Assembly: GCA_050693275.1 (NCBI GenBank)
Contig: JBOGWD010000229.1
Span: 1-43,394, forward strand
Direction: 5' to 3'
Length of the DNA stretch: 43,394 nt
From: Actinomycetota bacterium
Lineage (GTDB): Bacteria > Actinomycetota > UBA4738 > CALAEC01
Position 1 is the stretch's first letter; every line of letters begins with the position of its first letter. Under the pieces are notes generated by a model. The model was not told the DNA's origin, did no database searches, and saw only the letters and a program-made list of their open reading frames with translations. Below, piece after piece: positions 17,030 through 25,058 of the stretch. A program made the translations under genes and the position numbers.

Positions 17030-17779
17030 ATGAACGCGACGGGAACGCTCGGAGACCGCCAGTCGGCAGTCCTGCGGGCCGTGGTCAGCGACTACATCCG
17101 GACCGGGGAGCCGGTCGGCAGCGCCACCGTGGCCGGCCGGTACCGGCTGGGGGTGAGCTCGGCCACCATCAGGAACGACATGGCCTCCCTGGAGGACATG
17201 GGCTACCTCCAGCAGCCCCATACCTCGTCGGGCCGGATCCCCACGGATCCGGGCTATCGCTTCTACGTGGACGCCCTCCCGAGGTGGCCCTCGCTCCCGC
17301 GGCGCGAGCGGCGGACCATCGACCGCTTCTTCGGCGAGGCGCCGGGGGACCCGGACGAGGTGGTGCGGGGAACGGCCCTGCTCCTGTCCAGGATCACCCG
17401 GTACGGGGCCGTGGCCCAGCCGCCGCGGTCGACCCACGTGGTCGTGGGCGGGGCGGCCAACATCGCCAGCGAGGAGATCTTCGAGCGCCGGGAGACCGTC
17501 CGCCGGCTGCTCGAGGCCCTGGAGGACGAGCAGGAGGTGCTCGATCTCCTGCAAGGCCTGGTCGACGAATCGGAGGTGACCGTGCGCATCGGCACGGAGA
17601 ACCCGCTCTCGGCGATGCAGGAGGCCAGCATCGTGGTGGCTCGGTACGGGAGTCGCGGCCGGATCCTCGGGGTCATCGCCGTCCTGGGGCCCACCCGGAT
17701 GCACTACCGGGAGTCGATCTCCACCGTGCGCTCGGTGGCCCGGCATCTGAGCCGGGCCATCGAGGCGCTGGCCGGGTAG
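17030..17779 (+). CDS. hrcA: Heat-inducible transcription repressor HrcA (unusually short, 249 aa)
   Basis: N-terminal wHTH ([22 protein letters not shown]...[12 protein letters not shown]) and a C-terminal [16 protein letters not shown] motif. ATG 17030 has an AGAGAGGG Shine-Dalgarno. The track start 17012 lies inside CIRCE. Confidence 0.85.
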   Translation: MNATGTLGDRQSAVLRAVVSDYIRTGEPVGSATVAGRYRLGVSSATIRNDMASLEDMGYLQQPHTSSGRIPTDPGYRFYVDALPRWPSLPRRERRTIDRFFGEAPGDPDEVVRGTALLLSRITRYGAVAQPPRSTHVVVGGAANIASEEIFERRETVRRLLEALEDEQEVLDLLQGLVDESEVTVRIGTENPLSAMQEASIVVARYGSRGRILGVIAVLGPTRMHYRESISTVRSVARHLSRAIEALAG

Positions 17780-17795
17780 GGCCACTCGCCGGGCG

Positions 17796-18884
17796 ATGGC
17801 GGAGCGAGACCTCTACGACGTCCTCGGGGTGTCGCGGGACGCCACCCAGGACGACATCCGGAAGGCGTACCGACGGCTGGCCCGGGAGCACCACCCGGAC
17901 GTCAACAGCGAGCCCGAGGCCGAGCGCCGGTTCAAGGAGATCAACCTGGCCTACCAGACCCTGTCCGACCCGGCCAAGCGCCGGCAGTACGACCTCTTCG
18001 GCGGGGAGGGGCTCACCCCCGACATGTTCGGGTTCGGGGACCTGTCCGACATCTTCGAGGCGTTCTTCGGCCCGTCACCGTTCGGTCGGACCCGGTCCCG
18101 GCAGCGGACCCGGATGGTCCGGGGCCACGACCTCCGGGTGATCCTCCCGCTCACGTTCGAGGAGGCGGTGTTCGGGACATCGAAGGAGATCCGGGTCGAC
18201 GGGCTGAAGGTCTGCGAGCGCTGCGGCGGCACCGGCTGCGAGCCGGGGACCCACCCCTCCCGCTGCACCACGTGCCGCGGGTCCGGGGAGGTCTCCGATC
18301 TCCGCCGGAGCGTGTTCGGCACGGTGATGACCTCGAGGACCTGCGCCACGTGCGAGGGAACCGGCGAGGAGATCGCTTCGCCGTGCCGGTCCTGCCGGGG
18401 GGAGGGTCGGGTGCCGGCCGGTCAGACGGTCACCGTGGAGGTCCCCGCCGGGGTGGCGGACCGGATGGAGATGCGCATGGAGGGCGGCGGGGAGGACGGC
18501 CGCGCCGGCGGCACCCCAGGTGATCTGTACCTCACGCTGTCGGTCGACCCCCATCCGGTCTTCGAACGGCGGGGTCAGGACGTCGTGGGGGTGCTCGAGG
18601 TCCCGGTGACGTCGGCCATGGTCGGCGTGGAGGTCGAGGTGGACACGCTGGACGGCCCGGCCACGGTCAAGGTCCCCGCCGGGACCAGGGCCGGATCGGT
18701 CCTCAGGGTCAAGGGCAAGGGGGTTCCCCACCTCGGCCGGCGGGGACGGGGCGACCTCGTGCTCCAGGTGGACCTGGAGGTCCCGCACAAGCTCGGGCGC
18801 GAGGAGCGCCGGCTCGTCGAGGAGCTCGCGGAGCGCCGGGGCGAGGGCGGCCCGCTCCGAGGCCGGCTCCGTCCTCGAGCCTGA
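17796..18884 (+). CDS. dnaJ: Molecular chaperone DnaJ
   Basis: J domain with HPD, a G/F region, and four CxxCxGxG zinc-finger repeats. Confidence 0.95.
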   Translation: MAERDLYDVLGVSRDATQDDIRKAYRRLAREHHPDVNSEPEAERRFKEINLAYQTLSDPAKRRQYDLFGGEGLTPDMFGFGDLSDIFEAFFGPSPFGRTRSRQRTRMVRGHDLRVILPLTFEEAVFGTSKEIRVDGLKVCERCGGTGCEPGTHPSRCTTCRGSGEVSDLRRSVFGTVMTSRTCATCEGTGEEIASPCRSCRGEGRVPAGQTVTVEVPAGVADRMEMRMEGGGEDGRAGGTPGDLYLTLSVDPHPVFERRGQDVVGVLEVPVTSAMVGVEVEVDTLDGPATVKVPAGTRAGSVLRVKGKGVPHLGRRGRGDLVLQVDLEVPHKLGREERRLVEELAERRGEGGPLRGRLRPRA

Positions 18885-18888
18885 GCCG

Positions 18889-19617
18889 GTGAGCCTTCCC
18901 CATTTCTTCGCCGGGGCCCCGGACGCCGGCGACTCGGTGGTGCTGGCGCCCGAGGACGCCCGGCACGCCGTTCGGTCGCTCCGGCTGCGGGAGGGGGACG
19001 AGTTCACCTCCTCCGACGGGCACGGGGGGCTGGTCCGGTGCCGGGTGGTCCGGGCGGCCCACCTCCTGGTGGAGGGGGAGGTGGTCGAGCGGACCGTGGA
19101 GGAGCGGCCCCGCCCGACGCTCTCCGTGCTGTTGGCCTCTCCGAAGGGCGAGCGGCTGACCTGGGCGGTGCAGAAGCTGGCCGAGTTGGGGGCCGACGAG
19201 ATCGTCCTGGTGGAGGCCAGTCGGAGCGTCCGGAGGTGGCAGGGGGAGCGGGCGGCCAGGGTCGGCCCGCGCCTGGAGGGGGTGGCCCGGGAGGCCGCCA
19301 AGCAATCCCGCCGCCGGTTCCTCCCGTCGGCGTCCGGCCCGGTGCCCTGGGCCGAGGCCGTCGTCCCGGAGGAGGTCCCGACGATCGTGCTGTGGGAGCG
19401 GGCCACGGCGGGGTTCCTCGAGTCGCTGCCGGCGGAGCGCCCCGACGCGCTGGCCCTGGTCGTCGGGCCCGAGGGCGGGATCCCCGAGGACGAGGCCCGG
19501 GCCGCGGAGAAGGCCGGCGCCCGCCTGGCCGGGCTGGGACCGGCCGTGCTCCGGACCGAGACCGCCGCAGTGGCCGCGGCCGCCGTGGCCCTGGCCAGGT
19601 ACGGCCGGCTGGGATGA
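18889..19617 (+). CDS. rsmE: 16S rRNA (uracil1498-N3)-methyltransferase RsmE
   Basis: RsmE/SPOUT pattern: an N-terminal PUA-like domain and a C-terminal LVVGPEGGIPEDE...LGPAVLRTETA. Confidence 0.85.
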   Translation: MSLPHFFAGAPDAGDSVVLAPEDARHAVRSLRLREGDEFTSSDGHGGLVRCRVVRAAHLLVEGEVVERTVEERPRPTLSVLLASPKGERLTWAVQKLAELGADEIVLVEASRSVRRWQGERAARVGPRLEGVAREAAKQSRRRFLPSASGPVPWAEAVVPEEVPTIVLWERATAGFLESLPAERPDALALVVGPEGGIPEDEARAAEKAGARLAGLGPAVLRTETAAVAAAAVALARYGRLG

Positions 19618-19677
19618 GCCTCGACCGGGGTGGCGGCCGCGCGCTAGCATCCGGACAGGCGAGGGAAGGAGCCGAGC

Positions 19678-20022
19678 GTGCAAGACTGCCTGTTCTGCGG
19701 GATCGTGTCGGGCGACACCGAGGCCGACGTCGTGCACGAATCCGACAACGTGGTGGCCTTCCGGGACGTCAACCCGCAGGCCCCCGTCCACGTGCTGATC
19801 ATCCCCAAGGACCACATCGAGTCGGCCCGGGCCGTGAAGGACCGGCACGGCGACCTCCTGGCGGAGATGGTCATGGCCGCGGCCCACCTGGCCAAGGCGA
19901 ACGAGGTCGACCGGTCCGGCTGGCGGCTGGTCACGAACGTGGGCCCCGATGCGGGGCAGAGCGTCCACCACCTTCACTTCCACCTGCTGGGAGGCCGCCA
20001 GATGAAGTGGCCCCCCGGGTAG
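19678..20022 (+). CDS. HIT (histidine triad) family nucleotide hydrolase
   Basis: CLFCGIV start and the histidine triad HHLHFHLLGG. A GGAAGGAG Shine-Dalgarno precedes GTG 19678. Confidence 0.9.
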   Translation: MQDCLFCGIVSGDTEADVVHESDNVVAFRDVNPQAPVHVLIIPKDHIESARAVKDRHGDLLAEMVMAAAHLAKANEVDRSGWRLVTNVGPDAGQSVHHLHFHLLGGRQMKWPPG

Positions 20023-20028
20023 GCGGTG

Positions 20029-20034
20029 TAGAAT
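20029..20034 (+). promoter_or_regulatory. Candidate -10 hexamer TAGAAT upstream of the phoH operon
   Basis: A TANNNT hexamer lies 7 nt after the HIT stop. The predicted TSS falls at the foot of the 20042-20062 stem-loop. Confidence 0.3.
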
Positions 20035-20041
20035 GATCGGG

Positions 20042-20062
20042 CGGGGTCGCGATGCGACCCCG
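20042..20062 (+). terminator. Perfect 9-bp GC-rich stem-loop (CGGGGTCGC-GAT-GCGACCCCG) followed by TTTCT. It is either a terminator for the HIT gene or a 5'-terminal stabilising hairpin of the phoH mRNA.
   Basis: Base pairing was checked by hand for 20042-20050 with 20054-20062. It lies 20 nt after the HIT stop. Confidence 0.4.
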
Positions 20063-20092
20063 TTTCTACCAGGGGGGAACCCCGAGGAGCAG

Positions 20093-21103
20093 TTGGCAGG
20101 AACCAGCACCCAGGTCAAGATCCTCGTACCGGGCAGCCACTCGATGGTCGCCCTCCTCGGAGAGCGCGACGAGCTCCTCAAGATCGTGGAGGCCGCGTTC
20201 GACTCGCACATCCTCGTCCGGGGGAACGAGATCACCATCACCGGCGAGGAGGCCGAGACGGAGCGGGTCGCGCACCTCTTCGAGGAGATGATCGAGCTGC
20301 TGGAGCGCGGGCAGCAGCTCACGCCGTCCTCGATCGGAAAGACCATCGACATGATCAAGCAGGACGGCGTTCGCCCGTCGGAGGTATTGACCGACGTGCT
20401 GCTCACGTCGCGGGGCAGGTCGATCGCGCCGCAGACCGTCGGCCAGAAGGAATACGTCGACGCGCTCCGGCGGTCGACGCTCGTGTTCGCCATCGGGCCG
20501 GCGGGGACGGGGAAGACCTACCTGGCGGTGGCCACGGCCGTCCGGGCGCTCCAGGCACGCGAGGTGTCCCGGATCATCCTGACCCGGCCGGCGGTGGAGG
20601 CCGGCGAGAAGCTCGGCTTCCTGCCCGGCACGCTGTACGAGAAGATCGATCCGTACCTGCGACCGTTGTACGACGCACTGTACGAGATGATGGACCCGGA
20701 GGCGTCCGGCCGGCTGATGGACCGGGGCACGATCGAGGTGGCCCCGCTGGCGTACATGCGCGGCCGGACGCTCAACGATTCGTTCATCATCCTCGACGAG
20801 GCGCAGAACACCTCGCCCGAGCAGATGAAGATGTTCCTGACCAGGCTGGGGTTCGGCTCGCGGGCGGTGGTCAACGGCGACATCACTCAGGTCGATCTCC
20901 CGCCCGGCCAGCGCTCCGGCCTCATCGTGGTCGAGGAGATCCTCCAGGAGATCGAGGGCCTGGAGTTTATCCACCTGGGAGCCCGCGACGTGGTGCGGCA
21001 CAAGATCGTCCAGGACATCGTGGAGGCCTATCGGCGGTACGGCGAGCAGCGGCAGCTCGGCGAGCCGCAGGTGGGCGCATCCGATCGTGAGCGACGAGGC
21101 TGA
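20093..21103 (+). CDS. phoH: PhoH-like ATPase (PhoH/YbeZ)
   Basis: Walker A AIGPAGTGKTYLAVA. PhoH core LTRPAVEAGEKLGFLPG...DEAQN. I chose the TTG 20093 start (GAGGAG upstream) because the track ATG 20033 would place the hairpin inside the coding sequence. The start is uncertain; ATG 20144 is also possible. Confidence 0.88.
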   Translation: MAGTSTQVKILVPGSHSMVALLGERDELLKIVEAAFDSHILVRGNEITITGEEAETERVAHLFEEMIELLERGQQLTPSSIGKTIDMIKQDGVRPSEVLTDVLLTSRGRSIAPQTVGQKEYVDALRRSTLVFAIGPAGTGKTYLAVATAVRALQAREVSRIILTRPAVEAGEKLGFLPGTLYEKIDPYLRPLYDALYEMMDPEASGRLMDRGTIEVAPLAYMRGRTLNDSFIILDEAQNTSPEQMKMFLTRLGFGSRAVVNGDITQVDLPPGQRSGLIVVEEILQEIEGLEFIHLGARDVVRHKIVQDIVEAYRRYGEQRQLGEPQVGASDRERRG

Positions 21104-21509
21104 GGATCCCAGCCCTTCGGTGGTCCTCTCGGACCGCCAGGACCTCCCGGCCGACGGCCCGGGCCTGATCGACCTGGCCCGCCGGACGCTTCGAGCAGAA
21201 CGAGCCGGAGCCGTGGAGCTGTCGGTCTCGCTGGTGACGCCCGAGGAGATGGGCGACCTCCACGCGCGCTACCTGGAGGATCCGGAGCCCACCGACGTGC
21301 TGTCCTTCACCATGGACGAGGAAGGGCTGCTCGGGGACGTGGTGATCTGTCCGGCCGTGGCCGCGAGGGGGAACCCCGATCTGGGGGCCGAGCTCCGGCT
21401 GCTGCTGGTCCACGGCATCCTCCACCTCCTCGGCTACGACCACGACCAGGACGAGGAGCGGCGGGCCATGTGGGCCCGGCAGGAGCGGTACTCGGGGGTG
21501 GCCCTGTGA
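21087..21509 (+). CDS. ybeY: rRNA maturation endoribonuclease YbeY
   Basis: Zinc motif HGILHLLGYDH. Confidence 0.9.
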   Translation: MSDEAEDPSPSVVLSDRQDLPADGPGLIDLARRTLRAERAGAVELSVSLVTPEEMGDLHARYLEDPEPTDVLSFTMDEEGLLGDVVICPAVAARGNPDLGAELRLLLVHGILHLLGYDHDQDEERRAMWARQERYSGVAL

Positions 21510-22771
21510 TCTGGCTGCTCGCCCTGGTCGTGTTCCTGGTGCTGTTCGGCTCCCTCCTGGCCATGGCCGAGGCCTCCCTCACCAGGATGAACAGGGTGCG
21601 GGCCCTGGCCCTCGAGGACGAGGGCCGGAGGAACGCCGCCCGGCTGGTGCAGATCGAGACGGACCCGCCCCGGTACCTCAACGCGATCTACCTGTGGGTG
21701 ATGTTCGCCCAGAACGGCTCGGCCATCCTGGTGGCGATCCTCGCCGAGCACTACCTCGGCAACATCTGGATCACGATCGTGTCGATCCTGTTCACCCTGG
21801 CCTACTTCGTGTTCGTGGAGGCCATGTCGAAGACGTTCGCCATCCTCCACTCGGACCACGTGGCGCTGGGCCTGGCGCCGCCGGTGTTCTGGCTCGCTCG
21901 GATCCTTCGAGGCCCCACCAGGGTGCTGATCGGCGTGGCCAACCTCCTCCTGCCGGGGAAGGGGATCCGGGAAGGACCGTTCGTGTCGGAGGAGGAGATC
22001 CGCTCGATGGCCGAGGTGGGCAGCCAGGAAGGCGCCATCGAGGAAGACGAGAAGGAGATGATCCACTCGATCTTCGAGTTCGGCGACACGGTGGTCCGCG
22101 AGGTGATGACCCCCCAGCCGGACATCGTGTCGGTCGCCGAGTCGAGCTCGCTCGACCACGTGCTCGACCTGGTGATCCGCCACGGCTACTCCCGCATCCC
22201 GGTCTACCGGGAGAACCGCGACGAGATCGTGGGCATCGTGTACGCCAAGGACGTCCTGCGGGAGCTGCACTCGGGCGCCGACGGCAGGTCGATCCGTGAG
22301 CTGGCCCGCCGGGCGTACTTCGTCCCGGAGTCCAAGCGGGTGGCCGACTTGCTCCGGGAGATGCAGCAGGAGAAGGTCCACGTGGCCATCGTGGTGGACG
22401 AGTACGGCTCGGTGGCGGGCCTGGTCACGCTGGAGGACCTCCTGGAGGAGATCGTGGGGGAGATCGCCGACGAGTACGACCGTGAGGAGCCACAGGTCGA
22501 GCCGGCCGGCGACGGCCGCTTCCGGGTCAACGCCCGCCTCCCGGTCGACGAGCTCAACGAGCTCCTCGAGTCCGAGCTGCCGAACGAGGAGTGGGACACC
22601 GTTGGCGGGCTGATGATGGGGATCCTGGGCCGGCTGCCGGCGCAGGGCGAGCAGGTCGAGTTCGAGGGCCTCCGGTTCACGGCCGAGCGGGTCCAGGGAC
22701 GGCGGATCTCCAAGGTCCTGATCGAGCGCCTCCCCAAAGAACCCGTGCCGGCCGAGGAGGAGCGCCCCTGA
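21506..22771 (+). CDS. CNNM/CorC-type membrane protein (DUF21 + CBS pair + CorC_HlyC)
   Basis: Four N-terminal TM helices, a CBS pair, and a C-terminal transporter-associated domain. GTG 21506 overlaps the ybeY stop (GTGA). Confidence 0.9.
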   Translation: MIWLLALVVFLVLFGSLLAMAEASLTRMNRVRALALEDEGRRNAARLVQIETDPPRYLNAIYLWVMFAQNGSAILVAILAEHYLGNIWITIVSILFTLAYFVFVEAMSKTFAILHSDHVALGLAPPVFWLARILRGPTRVLIGVANLLLPGKGIREGPFVSEEEIRSMAEVGSQEGAIEEDEKEMIHSIFEFGDTVVREVMTPQPDIVSVAESSSLDHVLDLVIRHGYSRIPVYRENRDEIVGIVYAKDVLRELHSGADGRSIRELARRAYFVPESKRVADLLREMQQEKVHVAIVVDEYGSVAGLVTLEDLLEEIVGEIADEYDREEPQVEPAGDGRFRVNARLPVDELNELLESELPNEEWDTVGGLMMGILGRLPAQGEQVEFEGLRFTAERVQGRRISKVLIERLPKEPVPAEEERP

Positions 22772-23178
22772 GCGACCTCTCGCCGGAGACGAAGGACGAG
22801 CTTCTGGCCGAGGCCCGGGCGGCCCGGGAGCGGGCCTACGCTCCCTACAGCGGGTTCCGGGTGGGAGCGGCGCTCCTGACGGACGAAGGCAGACTCGTCG
22901 CCGGGGCCAACGTGGAGAACGCCTCGTACGGCCTGTCGATGTGCGCCGAGCGGACCGCGGCGTTCCGCGCGGCGTCCGAGGGCGCTCGCCGGCTCCAGGC
23001 GGTGGCCGTGGTGGCCTCGAACGACGAGCCGACCTGGCCGTGTGGGGCCTGCCGGCAGGTCCTGTGCGAGTTCGGGCCCGACCTGACGGTCATCACGGAG
23101 GGCACGGGCGGCCGCCGCGAGGAGCGGAGGCTCACCGAGCTCCTGCCCGACGCGTTCGGACCCGCCGACCTCGAGTGA
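22768..23178 (+). CDS. cdd: Cytidine deaminase
   Basis: Zinc motifs CAERTA and PCGACRQV. No in-frame ATG or GTG sits in a sensible position. CTG 22768 overlaps the upstream stop (CTGA), so the start is uncertain. Confidence 0.85.
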   Translation: MSDLSPETKDELLAEARAARERAYAPYSGFRVGAALLTDEGRLVAGANVENASYGLSMCAERTAAFRAASEGARRLQAVAVVASNDEPTWPCGACRQVLCEFGPDLTVITEGTGGRREERRLTELLPDAFGPADLE

Positions 23179-24059
23179 GCACCTTCCGGTCCGGGTTCGT
23201 GCCCGTGGTGGGCCGCCCCAACGTCGGAAAGTCGACGCTGGTGAACGCGCTGGTCGGCCAGAAGGTCTCCATCGTCACCGACAAGCCCCAGACAACGCGA
23301 GGCCGGATCCGGGGGGTGCTCACCACCGACGAGTTCCAGATCGTGTTCACGGACACGCCCGGCTTCCACAAGCCCCGGACGGCGCTCGGCGAACGGCTGA
23401 ACCGGATGGTCGTCGACAGCACGGATGACGCGGATGCCGTGGTCCTGGTCGTCGACGCGGGTGCCGGCGTGGGCCGGGGGGACGCGTACGTGGATGTCAG
23501 CCGGCTGGCCCCGCTGCGGTGCCCCAGGGTGTGCGCGGTGAACAAGGTGGACCTGGTGAAGGGCGACGCCGTGCTGCCCCAGCTCGATGCGGCCTCGAAG
23601 CTGGCGGCGTTCGACCACGTGATCCCGGTCTCCGCCCGGACCGGCCGGGGACGGGACAACCTGGTCCGGGTCCTGGTCGAGGCCCTCCCGGAGGGCCCGG
23701 CCCTGTTCCCACCCGGCCAGGCCACCGACCAGCCGGTCGAGCTCCGGATCGCCGAGATCGTCCGGGAGAAGGCCCTGGCCCTGACCCGCGAGGAGGTCCC
23801 GCACTCGATCGCCGTCCAGGTCGACGAGCTGAGCGAGGAGGACGGCCTCACCAGGATCGGGTGCCTGCTCCTCGTCGAGCGCGAGTCCCAGAAGGGGATC
23901 GTCATCGGGCGGGGCGGATCGATGCTCAAGCGGATCGGCACCCTGGCCCGGGAGGAGCTCGAGGCCCTCCTCGGCTCGAAGGTCTTCCTGGAGCTCCGGG
24001 TCAAGGTCCAGCGGGAGTGGCAGCGCGACCCCGCCGCCCTCAGCCGCCTGGGCTACTGA
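23175..24059 (+). CDS. era: GTPase Era
   Basis: G1 GRPNVGKSTLVNAL, DTPG, NKVD and a C-terminal KH domain. GTG 23175 overlaps the cdd stop (GTGA). Confidence 0.95.
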   Translation: MSTFRSGFVPVVGRPNVGKSTLVNALVGQKVSIVTDKPQTTRGRIRGVLTTDEFQIVFTDTPGFHKPRTALGERLNRMVVDSTDDADAVVLVVDAGAGVGRGDAYVDVSRLAPLRCPRVCAVNKVDLVKGDAVLPQLDAASKLAAFDHVIPVSARTGRGRDNLVRVLVEALPEGPALFPPGQATDQPVELRIAEIVREKALALTREEVPHSIAVQVDELSEEDGLTRIGCLLLVERESQKGIVIGRGGSMLKRIGTLAREELEALLGSKVFLELRVKVQREWQRDPAALSRLGY

Positions 24060-24072
24060 CCGGTCGGGCGGA

Positions 24073-24474
24073 CTACTCGACGACGATGGTGCCGACCATG
24101 CCCTCGTCCTCGTGGAACCGGCAGAAGAACCGGTGGGTGCCGGCCTGGACGAACTCGCCGACCTCGTCGGTCTCCTCCTCCTCGCCGGGCCCGAGGTCCA
24201 GCGAGAGATCGGAGCCCTGGACGGTGAGGTTGTGGTCGAGGTTGCCGGCGTTGGTTACCGACAGGACCTGCGTGGAGGACATCGCCAGGCACAGCGGGTC
24301 GAAGAAGGTGTCCATCATCGTCACCGGGGCCGGGGCGCCCTCGGAAGCCGAGACCTCGGCGCACTCGGTCGGCGTCTCCCTCGGCGCAGCCTCTGGCTCC
24401 TCGTCATCGTTGGGAAGGTCGCACGCGACGAGGAGCGCGGGCAGCACGAACATGGTGAGCACCGCTCGCTTCAT
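24073..24474 (-). CDS. Cupredoxin (type 1 blue-copper-like) lipoprotein
   Basis: Lipobox LLVAC. Copper ligands His (LDHNL) and Cys-x2-His-x4-Met (FFCRFHEDEGM). Confidence 0.75.
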   Translation of the reverse strand: MKRAVLTMFVLPALLVACDLPNDDEEPEAAPRETPTECAEVSASEGAPAPVTMMDTFFDPLCLAMSSTQVLSVTNAGNLDHNLTVQGSDLSLDLGPGEEEETDEVGEFVQAGTHRFFCRFHEDEGMVGTIVVE

Positions 24475-24522
24475 GATGCTCGGCTGCGTACCCGGTTCGC
24501 CCGGCCGTCAAACCATGCGGGC

Positions 24523-24999
24523 TCAGCCGGCCTCGGTGATGGTGATCTCGCCCTCCATCCCTCGAGAGCGGTGGTACTCGCAGTAGAAGGTATGTGTCCC
24601 CGGCTCCACCACCCCGCCGATCGCCCTGGTCCTGACCGTCTCGCCGGGAGGCGTGTCGATGTCCACGTCAGAGCCCTCGATGCTGAAGTTGTGCACGCTC
24701 GCGCCTCGATTGGCCAGCTTGATGCCCTGTCCGCCGAGCACCGTCAGGCACGCGGGGGAGAAGGAGTCGTCGACCTGGCGGATCGTGACCTCGGGCCTGC
24801 CGGTGACCGTGGCGTCGACGCATTCCTCCTCGCCGGGCGGGGTCAGCTCGACGAACGGCGAGTCGGTCGGGGAAGCCGTAGGCGTGGGGGACTCCGAGGG
24901 TGGGGGAGCCACGGCCTCCTCTGCGCACGCTCCCAGGAGGAGTGTCACCGCGAGCAGCGGACGAAGCATCGAGACGAGCATACGCGCTTCGGCCGGCAC
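24523..24999 (-). CDS. Cupredoxin (type 1 blue-copper-like) lipoprotein, paralog of the adjacent gene
   Basis: Lipobox LLGAC. Ligands His (SVHNF) and Cys-x2-His-x4-Met (FYCEYHRSRGM). The start is possibly the internal ATG 24981. Confidence 0.75.
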   Translation of the reverse strand: MPAEARMLVSMLRPLLAVTLLLGACAEEAVAPPPSESPTPTASPTDSPFVELTPPGEEECVDATVTGRPEVTIRQVDDSFSPACLTVLGGQGIKLANRGASVHNFSIEGSDVDIDTPPGETVRTRAIGGVVEPGTHTFYCEYHRSRGMEGEITITEAG

Positions 25000-25058
25000 G
25001 TCGATCGCGGGGTGATCCGACCTCCGGGAGGTATCATTGAAGGCCCCCCGGGAAGGAC

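Noticed and set aside
18075-20493. Two long minus-strand ORFs (18075-19406 and 18709-20493)
   Set aside because: They are antisense to dnaJ, rsmE, HIT and phoH. Their sequences are low-complexity R/P/G-rich with no motifs.
25021-25031. The palindrome CCTCCGGGAGG in the cupredoxin/deoC divergent region
   Set aside because: It is too short, with 5-bp arms and a 1-nt spacer, and such GC palindromes are expected by chance at this GC content. The same applies to GCGGCCGC at about 19634 and GTGTGC-N8-GCACAC at 13765-13784.
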